A stretch of DNA of 64,000 nt. It comes from a virus. Shown here piece by piece: positions 9,134 through 18,055 of the stretch. The notes under the pieces are model-generated. The model was not told the origin of the DNA. It saw only the letters and a program-made list of their open reading frames with translations, and did not search any database. Position numbers and translations under genes: made by a program. The number at the start of each line of letters is the position of its first letter. Within the stretch, counting starts at the first letter, position 1. The stretch lies in IMG/VR virus record IMGVR_UViG_3300036819_000087, positions 43,283-107,282 of that record; one strand, 5' to 3'.

Positions 9134-9931
9134 TTAGGCGGCGGCGCCGTCGCCGAACCACTGGCGGGCGTTGTTCGGCAGCGGGGTGCCGTCCGCGACC
9201 GCGTTGCGGGTCGCGGCGTACTCGGCGACCATCCGCTGGTTATGCGCGGCGACCAGCAGGGAGGCGTCCATCGCGCTGTCGGCGATCTCGATCAGGCCGG
9301 CGATGATGGCCGGGGACAGGTTCCACACGGCGGTCAGGTTGTCGGTGTGGGCCAGGATCGCCTGGGAGAAGTGGAGGAGCCCCGCCGACCAGCCCCGGAC
9401 CGTGGACAGTTCGCCGGCCTCGTTCTCCGGGACGAACCCGGCGATCGCGGTGGAGAGCTGGACCCACAGGGCGGGCACGTCCTGCTGGCCGATCACCGCC
9501 GGGTCCGGGGGGGCGGCGCGCAGGTCGTCGCGGAGGGACGGCACGTCCCGGACCGTGTCTGGGGTCGCGTCCGGGCCTGGGCCACCCGCAGCCGGGACGG
9601 GACGGACACGCTGGACCGGTGCGGTGACCGCCCCGTCCTGGTGGCCACGCCAGGCCGACTCACGGGCCTTCCTGATTCCCAGAGACACACCCCACCGGGC
9701 CCGCATGAGCAGCCAGCCGGACAGCCAGCACAGTTTGTCCCATGCCAGGGTGAGCATCAATCTGGGTGCTCTCCTGACGGCCAGTATCAGCACCTTCCAG
9801 TGGGACAGGTGCCCGATTCTGGAATCAGAACGGGATGCGTCCTCTTCCAGCACTTTGTACAGGTAGGCAACCGACCAGGAAAATCCGATCAGGAAAATCG
9901 GGAGGAACAGGACGAAAAAGAGGCTGAGCAT
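9134..9931 (-). CDS. Hypothetical membrane protein upstream of traB
   Basis: N-terminal TM; GAAAGGA RBS. Confidence 0.65.
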   Translation of the reverse strand: MLSLFFVLFLPIFLIGFSWSVAYLYKVLEEDASRSDSRIGHLSHWKVLILAVRRAPRLMLTLAWDKLCWLSGWLLMRARWGVSLGIRKARESAWRGHQDGAVTAPVQRVRPVPAAGGPGPDATPDTVRDVPSLRDDLRAAPPDPAVIGQQDVPALWVQLSTAIAGFVPENEAGELSTVRGWSAGLLHFSQAILAHTDNLTAVWNLSPAIIAGLIEIADSAMDASLLVAAHNQRMVAEYAATRNAVADGTPLPNNARQWFGDGAAA

Positions 9932-9946
9932 TTCCGGGTGTCCTTT

Positions 9947-10591
9947 CTAATACCAGCCGTGGATGTTTTCGTGGTCGAGCGCTTTGCAGGGGGTGCCGTA
10001 CACGTCGTGGATGTCGGCGAGGCCCCACCGGATTTGGGTCGCGGGGTCGGCCCGGCCCCCGAGGTCGGCGGGCCGGCCAGCGACCGGGTACTTGTAGGCG
10101 GGGCGGGCCTGCGCGATCCCGAACGCGAACACGTAGGAGCCGGGCCCGTCCCCGCCGGCGTGGGTGACGCGGGTGTCGGCGGTGTCCGACCAGCCCGACT
10201 CGCGGGTCCACAGCTCGTTGAGGCAGCCGGCCTGGGTGCCGGTCCAGCCGTCCAGGCAGCCGGCGAGCCTGTCACCGAGGGCCTGGTTGCTGGCCGGGGT
10301 GCCGCCGCCGCCGGGGGCCGAGCACGACGGGGCAGGATGATGGACGGCGTGGATGACAGGCCGGACCACTGGCCGGACCACGGCCTTGGCCGCACCCGGA
10401 TCCGCGCCAGCACCAGCGGCGGCGAACGCAGCGACAGCCAGGCCAGCGACCACCAGCGGGTGGGGGCCTCGTCGCTGGCCGAGACGGAGCGGCTTCTGGA
10501 ACAGGGACGGGCGCGGCCCATGGAACCGGCGGGACCGGCGGGCCTGCCGCCGCGTCGGCGGCCGGTGGAAGTCGTACCCGTCCAGAGGCAT
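9947..10591 (-). CDS. Lytic transglycosylase (SLT/aggregation-promoting-factor type)
   Basis: CLNELWTRESGW..AFGIAQA..TQIRWGL..YGTPC..GWY. Confidence 0.9.
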   Translation of the reverse strand: MPLDGYDFHRPPTRRQARRSRRFHGPRPSLFQKPLRLGQRRGPHPLVVAGLAVAAFAAAGAGADPGAAKAVVRPVVRPVIHAVHHPAPSCSAPGGGGTPASNQALGDRLAGCLDGWTGTQAGCLNELWTRESGWSDTADTRVTHAGGDGPGSYVFAFGIAQARPAYKYPVAGRPADLGGRADPATQIRWGLADIHDVYGTPCKALDHENIHGWY

Positions 10592-10601
10592 GAGCTGGCC
10601 C

Positions 10602-10826
10602 CTACCGGCTCTCGCCGGAGCAGCGTTGGCGGCCGAACCAGCCCAGTTTGTAGGTCTCCGAACGGCCACCGGGATGCACGGTCACCGAGCCGAGGCAGCG
10701 GCCGCACTGGCCGTTGTATGTCTGGATGTTGCGTCTAATCCTCCAGGTCATCTTGTGGCCTTTGCCGCGGAGACGGCGCGTCCATTCCTTTTTGGCCTCG
10801 TTGCGCTGTTCGATCTCGGTAGCCAT
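10602..10826 (-). CDS. Small Cys/His protein (paralogue 2)
   Basis: GHKMTW..YNGQCGRC. Confidence 0.7.
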   Translation of the reverse strand: MATEIEQRNEAKKEWTRRLRGKGHKMTWRIRRNIQTYNGQCGRCLGSVTVHPGGRSETYKLGWFGRQRCSGESR

Positions 10827-10828
10827 GG

Positions 10829-11062
10829 TCAGCGGCCTCCCCGGATTCGGCGGCATCCAGGCCACTTCAGGTCGGTGGTGTCGACGCTGCCGCCGAGGTA
10901 GACGGTGATCTCGCCGGGGCAGTTCTTGCAGCGGCCGTGCCAGCGCCTGCTGCGGCCCCCGCTGTACTTCCACTGCATGACGTGGCCGTGTTTGCGGAGC
11001 TTGTCAGCCCAGTCGCGTTTAGCGGCGGTGCGCGCCTGCGCCGGGGTGATCTGGTTGCGCAT
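10829..11062 (-). CDS. Small Cys/His protein (paralogue 3)
   Basis: GHVMQW..WHGRCKNC. Confidence 0.7.
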   Translation of the reverse strand: MRNQITPAQARTAAKRDWADKLRKHGHVMQWKYSGGRSRRWHGRCKNCPGEITVYLGGSVDTTDLKWPGCRRIRGGR

Positions 11063-11064
11063 GG

Positions 11065-11652
11065 TCAGTACCTCAGTCCGGGGATGCGGCCGTAGCCGAC
11101 GATGGTGGTTTCGGTGGGGGACCAGGCGCGGACCTGGACGTACGCGCCGGTGTGGGGTGCCTCGACCACCCGGCCGCCACCGACATAGGTGACGACGTGG
11201 CCGGGGGACGGGTCGGGGTCGCCGGGCCATTGCTCGAAGATCAGGTCACCCGGTTCGAGCTGGCTGTAGGAGATGCGGGTGGTCCAGGCGTACTGGGCTT
11301 CGCTGGTCCGCGCCCCGGTGTCGATACCGATCTGGTGGAGCGCCCAGAAGTTCAGCCCGGAACAGTCGAACTCGCTGGGTCCGATCGCCCCGTACACGTA
11401 CGGGTCGCCGGTCTTGGATTCCTCCAGGTGGAGGAACTCGGTAGCGGTCGGCCCGCTGCCCCCGCCGGCGGCGGCCGCGGCGTGCGCGGGAGCCGCCGTG
11501 GCGGCGGGGTGCTTGGCCTGGTGGACAGCGGCGTGCGCGCCGGTCGAGGCCAGCGCGCACACCACCACCCCGGCCATCACCCCGGCCGCCCAGCCGGGGA
11601 CACCGCTGGCGCGGCGCCCGTACCGGCGGCGGAGAGCATCGGGAGAGGTCAT
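11065..11652 (-). CDS. NlpC/P60 peptidoglycan endopeptidase, secreted
   Basis: PYVYGAIGP..FDCSGL..PGDLIF..GHVVTYVGGG..VEAPHTG. Confidence 0.95.
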   Translation of the reverse strand: MTSPDALRRRYGRRASGVPGWAAGVMAGVVVCALASTGAHAAVHQAKHPAATAAPAHAAAAAGGGSGPTATEFLHLEESKTGDPYVYGAIGPSEFDCSGLNFWALHQIGIDTGARTSEAQYAWTTRISYSQLEPGDLIFEQWPGDPDPSPGHVVTYVGGGRVVEAPHTGAYVQVRAWSPTETTIVGYGRIPGLRY

Positions 11653-11655
11653 CGG

Positions 11656-11970
11656 TTACCGGCTCACAGACCAGCCGCCAGCGGTCCGCTGGCTGCCCTT
11701 GTCCTTGCCCCGGCCGAACGGGGCCACGAGGATCCCCGTGGCCGCCGCGACCGCGAAGAAGATCACGAATAGGACGACCCACGCGCCGATCATGTTGCTG
11801 GTCACGGAGGTGTGGGTGACGGCGGCGTGGTGGGCGATCGCCGTCTTGTGCTTGTCGTTGATGTAGCCGACAGCGACCGACGCGGCGGCCACCGACGCGA
11901 CGATCGCGCCGAACAGCCAGCGGCCGAACGTCAGCGGCTTGCTCTCGCGATTGCGGTTGTTGCTGCTCAA
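11656..11970 (-). CDS. Small membrane protein
   Basis: Two hydrophobic segments; AAAGGAGA RBS. Confidence 0.7.
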   Translation of the reverse strand: MSSNNRNRESKPLTFGRWLFGAIVASVAAASVAVGYINDKHKTAIAHHAAVTHTSVTSNMIGAWVVLFVIFFAVAAATGILVAPFGRGKDKGSQRTAGGWSVSR

Positions 11971-12023
11971 CGGGGTGTCTCCTTTGGTGTGGCGTTGGCC
12001 CGGCCGGTTGGCCGGGCCACGAT

Positions 12024-12389
12024 CTAGACCGCTTCGGCTTCTATGCCTTCGCGCTTGAGACGGCGGCGTTCCCGTTCGGACATGCCGCCCCAGATCCCGA
12101 ACCGCTCATCGTTGGCGAGGGCGAATTCGAGGCAGTCGGCGCGGACCTCACAGGACCGGCACACCTTCTTGGCCTCCCTCGTCGACCCGCCCTTCTCGGG
12201 GTAGAAGGCTTCGGGGTCGGTTTGGGCGCACAGGGCCCGGTCCTGCCAGCCGAGTTCGTTGCCCTCGTCGGTCACTTCGCCGACGAAGCTCTCGTCGAGG
12301 GGCTCAACCGTGACCAGGGGGCCGGCGATGGGGCCGGCCGCGCCGGGGCTGGCCGCGAGGGTGGAGACGCGGACACGGGCGGCGCTCAT
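12024..12389 (-). CDS. whiB: WhiB-family Fe-S transcription factor (WhiB/WhiB2-like)
   Basis: WQDRALCAQTDPEAFYPEKGGSTREAKKVCRSCEVRADCL..GIWGG. Confidence 0.95.
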   Translation of the reverse strand: MSAARVRVSTLAASPGAAGPIAGPLVTVEPLDESFVGEVTDEGNELGWQDRALCAQTDPEAFYPEKGGSTREAKKVCRSCEVRADCLEFALANDERFGIWGGMSERERRRLKREGIEAEAV

Positions 12390-12931
12390 GACTTGGCCGC
12401 CTTCCGCAGGTCGGCGAAGTTCGTGCACCGGACCTCGACCAGGGCGGTGAACTCGGACACGCTTCGCGCGTGGAGCGGACGGACCGGGCCGGTGTGCTCG
12501 ACCACCAGGTCGGCCTTGTAGCCGTAGAACTGGCGGGCGCGGTACACAGCGTCCTGCTCGATATCGTCGAGGTCGCGGCCCTCGGCCTGGTCGGCGATGA
12601 ACAGGTCCGGGCCGGGGCGGGGGGCGGGTTCCCGGTTGGCGCGCATGACGGCCAGCAGGTCGGGACGAGGCTGATCCGGGGCGGGCGGGGCGGGACAGCC
12701 GAACAGGTCAAGGAACGAGGGCATGAGGGTTCTCCAGGGAAGGAACAGGACGGCCGCGCCGAGGAACACGACCAGGGCGGCGGCGGCGGCCAGCCAGCAC
12801 AGACCGGACTGGCAGGTCCAGCCGCCGGTAACAGCCAGGACGGCGACCACGGCGGCCGCGTCTCCGCACACGGCGGCACGCCGTCGTGTGCGGGCGCGGG
12901 GGGTGATCTCAGTCACGGGGGGCCTCCTCAC
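12386..12931 (-). CDS. Hypothetical membrane protein
   Basis: Coupled to whiB; TM segments. Confidence 0.6.
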   Translation of the reverse strand: MRRPPVTEITPRARTRRRAAVCGDAAAVVAVLAVTGGWTCQSGLCWLAAAAALVVFLGAAVLFLPWRTLMPSFLDLFGCPAPPAPDQPRPDLLAVMRANREPAPRPGPDLFIADQAEGRDLDDIEQDAVYRARQFYGYKADLVVEHTGPVRPLHARSVSEFTALVEVRCTNFADLRKAAKS

Positions 12932-13274
12932 GCCGGCCGCCGAAGTCGGCGGTGGCCGGGTCGGCCTCGTCGAGGAACTCGGCCAGTTCGGTCAGGAGCC
13001 GGACGGTGCCCTGCTCAGCAAGCTGGTCGCGGAACACGTCGAGGGCATCGGTGTAGTTGCCGCAGTGGACCGTCACGCGGGCGGTGACCGGGCCGGGCGC
13101 GCGGGGTGACAGCGACGCGGACAGGGGGCCGATGTAGGCGACCCGGAGGCGGGCGGCTGGCCCGTACACGCGCTGCGCATGGTCGAGGGCGTAGACGATC
13201 AGGCCGGGGATTCCGGAGCCGAAAGCGTCGAGGCTGAACCAGTCGGGGCTGTCGGGGCGGGGTGTCGTGGTCAC
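12909..13274 (-). CDS. Hypothetical protein
   Basis: GGAGG RBS; coupled. Confidence 0.65.
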   Translation of the reverse strand: MTTTPRPDSPDWFSLDAFGSGIPGLIVYALDHAQRVYGPAARLRVAYIGPLSASLSPRAPGPVTARVTVHCGNYTDALDVFRDQLAEQGTVRLLTELAEFLDEADPATADFGGRREEAPRD

Positions 13275-13600
13275 GATGCCTCCTGCGCGAGAGCGCGGGC
13301 GGTGCGGGCGTCGGCCAGCAGGACGGCGGCGAGGCCGTGGTCTGGCTTGGGGCCAGAGATGGCGTCCTCGGCCTGTGCGGTGAACCGCGCGGCGAGCGCC
13401 TCGTACACCTCGGGGCCGGCATCGACGAGGATGCCGCCGGTGAACATGCCGGCGGCGGTGGCACCGGGGCCGATACGGAGGGGGCGCTCGTAGCGGCCGG
13501 CGAGGATCACGGCGCGGAGGCTGGCCCTGATCTCATCGGGGGTCCCGGCGGTGGCCGTCTCCTCGTCCACCCAGACGATGACCGGGGCGGGGGCGGTCAT
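13271..13600 (-). CDS. Hypothetical protein
   Basis: GAGGAG RBS before ATG 13600. Confidence 0.65.
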   Translation of the reverse strand: MTAPAPVIVWVDEETATAGTPDEIRASLRAVILAGRYERPLRIGPGATAAGMFTGGILVDAGPEVYEALAARFTAQAEDAISGPKPDHGLAAVLLADARTARALAQEAS

Positions 13601-13824
13601 CCCGCGCTCCTCAGCGACTGGGGGGGCCGACCGCAGCGTGCGCAGAAGATCCGGCGACGGTGGCGGATCAGGCTGTCCTCCGGGTGGCAGGGCGATGGTG
13701 CAAGTTCCCGGGAACTGGCGGAGGGGTTGCCGCCAGTCATGCCCCAGGCGGCTTGTGCACGGGCGAGGGCGGCTGCCCCCGCGCGCCGATTGGGCTTGAC
13801 GAACCTGGTTGCTACAGTGGCCAT
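13597..13824 (-). CDS. Small Cys-containing hypothetical protein
   Basis: AGGAAGGA RBS; CH..CARC. Confidence 0.55.
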   Translation of the reverse strand: MATVATRFVKPNRRAGAAALARAQAAWGMTGGNPSASSRELAPSPCHPEDSLIRHRRRIFCARCGRPPQSLRSAG

Positions 13825-13917
13825 GTCGTTTCCTTCCTGGGCGGATGGGGCGATGTGGTGAGCAGGGCGACGGCCGCGGAGTGAGGGCTCCGTGGCCGTT
13901 CGCGTTGTAGGAGCAGT

Positions 13918-14160
13918 TCATGCGGGCACCGCCGACAGGCCGGGGCGTGCGGGGCGGAGCCGGGTGCGGGCGATGTAGGCGTCATAGGACGCCACCGTCA
14001 CGCGGAGGGTGCGGCCGAACTGATTCGCGACCAGTTCACCGGAGTGGATCAGGCCACGGACCCAGTCCTCGTCCCGGTCCCACGCGGCCGCGATCGCCTG
14101 AACCGAATAGAACGGGTCAGGTGCGGGGGCCGCTTGCGTCTCGGCGGGGGATTCACTCAC
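13918..14160 (-). CDS. Excisionase-like HTH protein
   Basis: FYSVQAIAAAW..WVRGLIHSGEL..GRTLRV. Confidence 0.8.
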   Translation of the reverse strand: MSESPAETQAAPAPDPFYSVQAIAAAWDRDEDWVRGLIHSGELVANQFGRTLRVTVASYDAYIARTRLRPARPGLSAVPA

Positions 14161-14250
14161 CCGTGGGACCACCTCTCTGGACCTGGCAGGCCCGGAAGGC
14201 ACCTCGGTTCACCGCAAGTGCCCTCACGGACCCGCATAAGCCGGTTTGGT

Positions 14251-14320
14251 AATGACAGTACAGACCGAACGGACCGAACTGTCAATGGGTTCGGGAAAGT
14301 CCGGGTTACGCTTTCCGGTG
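14251..14320. promoter_or_regulatory. Divergent promoter/operator between xis-like gene and GntR
   Basis: Minus strand TTGACA-N19-TACTGT; TGACAGT..ACTGTCA inverted repeat enclosing GACCGAAC x2. Confidence 0.65.
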
Positions 14321-14351
14321 GCAACCGAGGCGACCAGGGAGGACCCGGGCA

Positions 14352-15101
14352 GTGACCGAGTGGGAGAAAATCGCCAGCGACCTGCGGCGGAAGATCGAGG
14401 CGGGGGAGTTCACCGACGGGCGTCTGCCGACGGAACGGGACCTCGCCGAGGAGTACGAGGTGGCGCGGCCCACCGTTCAGCGGGCGCTGGTCAGCCTCAC
14501 CAACGACGGGCTCCTCGAACCGGGGCAGGGCCGGCGGGGCCGGCGGATCCGCCGGAACCGGCCGCTGGTATTCCATGTGCTGCGGTCAGAGTCACCGGCG
14601 GCGATCGCCGAGCACGCGGCGGCCGGGGTTGACTCGTGGACGGCCGCCGCGACCGAACAGGACCGGGCCGGCGGGCAGCAGATCTCGGTGGCGATCGAGG
14701 AGGCCAGCGCCAGCATCGCCGCCCACCTCGGCATCGGCCAGGGCGGCGAGGTCACTGTCCGGCGCCGGGTCCGCACCCTCGATGGTGAACCGCACAACCT
14801 CGCCACCACCTACTACCCGCGGTCGCTGACCGGCGGGTCGGCGATCGAGGGGCCGGGGGATATCCCGCAGGGCACCATCGCGCTCCTGGGGGAGATGGGC
14901 TGGCCCCAGACCAGATCCCGCGACGAGATCGGCACCCGGATGCCGGCCCCGGCCGAACGGGAACAGCTTGAGGTGCCGCCCGGTGTCCCGGTGCTGGTCC
15001 ACGTCCGTGTCGGGTACAGCGGGGACACCCCGGTCAAGGTGACAGTGACGATCTGGCCGGGGGACCGGGCCCGCCTGGTGTATGAGGACGGGGACGTGTG
15101 A
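14352..15101 (+). CDS. GntR/HutC (UTRA) repressor, KorSA-like
   Basis: IASDLRRKIEAGEF..RLPTERDLAEEYEVARPTV + UTRA domain. Confidence 0.93.
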   Translation: MTEWEKIASDLRRKIEAGEFTDGRLPTERDLAEEYEVARPTVQRALVSLTNDGLLEPGQGRRGRRIRRNRPLVFHVLRSESPAAIAEHAAAGVDSWTAAATEQDRAGGQQISVAIEEASASIAAHLGIGQGGEVTVRRRVRTLDGEPHNLATTYYPRSLTGGSAIEGPGDIPQGTIALLGEMGWPQTRSRDEIGTRMPAPAEREQLEVPPGVPVLVHVRVGYSGDTPVKVTVTIWPGDRARLVYEDGDV

Positions 15102-15664
15102 TGCCGTTCATCCACAAAGCCGAACCGGGTCACCTGGCCGAGGTCCACGACGTGCTCCACTCAGCGGCTGAGGACCTTCACCGGCGGGGCATCGATCAGT
15201 GGCCGGACGGGTCACCGAACTTCGAGCCGGCCGCGCTGGCCACCCAGATCCGGCGGGGCGAGTTCTGGATGGTCCGGGACCGGGCACTGCTGCCGGTCGC
15301 GGTGATCGCCGTGTCCTACCGCGGCGACCCCGATTTCTGGACCCCCGCCGAGCTGGCCGCCCACGCCGTGTACCTGTCGAAAGCGGCGATCCTGCCGCGT
15401 CTGCGCGGGTTGGGGCTCGGCGCGTCCCTGTTCCGGTGGGCGGTCGACCTGGGATGGCGGGAAGGCACCGACGTGGTCCGCCTCGACGCCTGGTCAGCGA
15501 ACAAGCAGCTCCACGGCTACTACCAGGCGCGGGGGTGGCGGTTCATCCGCAACGACCCTCCGGAAGGACGCCGGTCCGGGGCCCTGTTCGATCGGCCCGC
15601 GGTCCCGGACCCGGACGCGCGGCGCATGTTCCGGCGGGTGCCGCCGCCGGCGATGGCCCTCTAG
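15098..15664 (+). CDS. GNAT acetyltransferase
   Basis: GIDQW..RGLGLGASL..VRLDAW..N..LHGYY..GW. Confidence 0.9.
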   Translation: MMPFIHKAEPGHLAEVHDVLHSAAEDLHRRGIDQWPDGSPNFEPAALATQIRRGEFWMVRDRALLPVAVIAVSYRGDPDFWTPAELAAHAVYLSKAAILPRLRGLGLGASLFRWAVDLGWREGTDVVRLDAWSANKQLHGYYQARGWRFIRNDPPEGRRSGALFDRPAVPDPDARRMFRRVPPPAMAL

Positions 15665-15685
15665 CTGGACACGCCCACCTGGCCG

Positions 15686-15898
15686 ATGATGGCCGGTATG
15701 GGTGTCTTGCTGCTGATCGGGGCCGTGTTCGGTGTGCTAGCCGGGTGGCGGTTCAAAACCACCCACTATGCGTGGTTCGAGTGGCGGAAAACGGTCAACG
15801 CGGTGCCGATCCTGCGGAAGATCTTCTACGGGTCGGTGCGGGCTGTCGCCGGGTGGGCGGTCGCCGCCCTGATCCTGGTCATCGTCGCCGTGCACTGA
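15686..15898 (+). CDS. Small membrane protein
   Basis: Two TM segments. Confidence 0.65.
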   Translation: MMAGMGVLLLIGAVFGVLAGWRFKTTHYAWFEWRKTVNAVPILRKIFYGSVRAVAGWAVAALILVIVAVH

Positions 15899-15986
15899 CC
15901 CGACACGCCGGCCCGGTCCGGTCTTCTGGCGGGCCGGCGGGCTAGCCGGCCATGATGTGCGGTGACGAAAGGAGGCTGGCCCGGAT

Positions 15987-16134
15987 AAACGAAAACGCGC
16001 CCCCGATAGGGGCGCGCTGACAACTCGATACCTCTGGACCCCAGCCCGTGTGGTTGGCGCCGCGAGCGGCTGGTGGCCCGGTTTCCCATCCGATCTGGCT
16101 TGGCCCGTCGGGGCTTTGCAATGCCTGGAAGGCG
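15987..16134 (-). ncRNA. Candidate sRNA (~145 nt)
   Basis: Extended -10 TGTTATCGT (16148-16140), several hairpins, intrinsic terminator 16016-15987. Confidence 0.4.
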
Positions 16135-16463
16135 CTGCCACGATAACACGCCCGCCGCGCCGGGGTGAAGCATGCCCCGCCGCCTATTACCCGCGCGTGT
16201 CGCGCGGGCCGCCCACCGCGCCCCGACCCATCTCTCGAGAGAGCTTTTGTCCGGTCTGGGTGCGTGGGGAGCTCGAAGGCGCGGCGCGGTGTGCCGTGAC
16301 CTCCTTGCCTCGTGCCCCCGTAGTGGTTGGTCAGTGCCCCAGTTCTGGGGTGTGCCGCGGGGACACCAGCGGCGGGAAACGGCGACGGCACACGTGCCAG
16401 CCCCCGGTGATCTTGGGGGGAGGAGGGGGGGTGTGCCAGAGCCAAGGGCCACCCCACCACCCC

Positions 16464-16500
16464 TTGCGACTGTAATAAACTTGAGCTATGTTTACTACAG
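16464..16500 (+). promoter_or_regulatory. Promoter with overlapping inverted-repeat operator
   Basis: TTGCGA-N17-TATGTT; CTGTAATAAAC-N9-GTTTACTACAG. Confidence 0.75.
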
Positions 16501-16521
16501 CAACCGAGGAGAGGACCCCCG

Positions 16522-16854
16522 ATGATCACAGACGAGACACTCGAACGGCTCCGCGAGGACGCCACGCTGGCGCGGAACACGCCGCTGGCCACCCGCTGCG
16601 GGCAGGCCCTGCGCGGCGACACCGCCGCCCGCCAGTCCATCGAGGAGGCCCTCACCGGGACGCCCCGGCCGGCCACCCTGTTCATCACCACCACCACCGG
16701 CCAGTTCGGCACCCTCGCCGCCTACATGGCGCGGGCCGCGATCTCCACCCAGCCCAGCACCTGCGACGACGAAGTCACGGTCGCTTTCCGCGCCACCCCC
16801 GACCAGGTCGCCGACCTGACCGCGCTCGGTTTCACCGTGGAAGGCGGGGCCTGA
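16522..16854 (+). CDS. Hypothetical protein
   Basis: RBS motif; GC3-rich. Confidence 0.75.
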   Translation: MITDETLERLREDATLARNTPLATRCGQALRGDTAARQSIEEALTGTPRPATLFITTTTGQFGTLAAYMARAAISTQPSTCDDEVTVAFRATPDQVADLTALGFTVEGGA

Positions 16855-16856
16855 CT

Positions 16857-17417
16857 ATGTACGACATCGAGATCCGCACCGTCCGCGCCGACCCGGCCAC
16901 CGCGATCAAGGGCCCCCAGGGCTGCGACCTCGCCACCATGGTCAACCTCGCCGGCGACACCGTGTACGGCGGGACCAGCGTCTATGTGACCGCCGTCTAC
17001 CCCGAAGACTGGAACGACGCCTACCTCGCCGGCGCGCCCGTGCCCTACCTGTGGGCCGGGGTCGGCCTCGTTGAGACCCCCGGTGAAGACAGCCCCAGCG
17101 GCATCCCCGCCCACGCCGCGATCTGGTGGGATGAGGTCGGCGGTGACGGTGTCCTGATCGGCGGCTACCCCGGCATCCACGAGACCATGGCCATGGCCCA
17201 GGTGCTCGGGCTCGCTGCCCGGATCGGCGACGACGCCGAGGAAACCTTCCACCATGAGGGTGGCGACGGCATCCCCTGCGGGGCGATCCCGGGCGGTCTG
17301 CTGCCGTACTACCCGGCCGAGCCGTGTGTGCGGCGGGACAGCCACCTCAGCGACCACGAAGACAAGGAAGGCCGCCACTGGGGCAACGGCCACGAGTGCG
17401 CGGCGGTGTCCCAGTGA
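16857..17417 (+). CDS. Hypothetical protein
   Basis: GC3-rich, operonic. Confidence 0.7.
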   Translation: MYDIEIRTVRADPATAIKGPQGCDLATMVNLAGDTVYGGTSVYVTAVYPEDWNDAYLAGAPVPYLWAGVGLVETPGEDSPSGIPAHAAIWWDEVGGDGVLIGGYPGIHETMAMAQVLGLAARIGDDAEETFHHEGGDGIPCGAIPGGLLPYYPAEPCVRRDSHLSDHEDKEGRHWGNGHECAAVSQ

Positions 17418-18055
17418 CCCGGCGGGTGGTGTCGGTCAGCCTGCCCGAGGACGTGGCGGTCCGCCTGGAAGCCGCGCTGGCCCGCCGCAAGGCCGACGGG
17501 CGGGAAACCGAGCGGAGCGCGTTCGTGGTCGAGGGGCTCCGTGGGCACCTCGACCGGGATGAGCGCGGCGACCGGGCGACCAGGTCGGCCGTTGAGGTTG
17601 TGGCCGGTGCGGACCTGATCGTCCCAGCCGGGGCCGACACGCTCCGCCGTCACGCCTACCGCATCATCGTCCGGGAGGTCGTACAGCGATCCGAGGCCGG
17701 GCACGTGCATGTGTTCGGACGCAGGTACCGGCTCGACGGTTCCCCGTCCCGGCGGGACCGGTCACCGAACCTGTACGCCATCCTTGACCCAACCCGTCTC
17801 CTGCCCGCCCCCCACCGAGACCGAGGCAACGTCATGACCGCCAGCATCGGGCCGTTCCCGCTCGACCTGGACGACGACGGCCGCTACGACCCCCGCCGCC
17901 CGTTCCGGGCGCTCAGCGCCGACCAGACCAGTACCGGTTGGGGGACCGCTCGCGCCGCCGCTCGCGCCCTCGGGAAGGATGGCGGCGCGGTGTACGTGTG
18001 GCGGCCCGTCGAAGGCCGATGGAACCGGTACGAGACGGTACCCGCCGATGACTGA
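17414..18055 (+). CDS. Ribbon-helix-helix (CopG-like) protein, possibly fused to a second gene starting at 17834
   Basis: VVSVSLPEDVAVRL..RSAFVVEGLR. Confidence 0.6.
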   Translation: MTRRVVSVSLPEDVAVRLEAALARRKADGRETERSAFVVEGLRGHLDRDERGDRATRSAVEVVAGADLIVPAGADTLRRHAYRIIVREVVQRSEAGHVHVFGRRYRLDGSPSRRDRSPNLYAILDPTRLLPAPHRDRGNVMTASIGPFPLDLDDDGRYDPRRPFRALSADQTSTGWGTARAAARALGKDGGAVYVWRPVEGRWNRYETVPADD

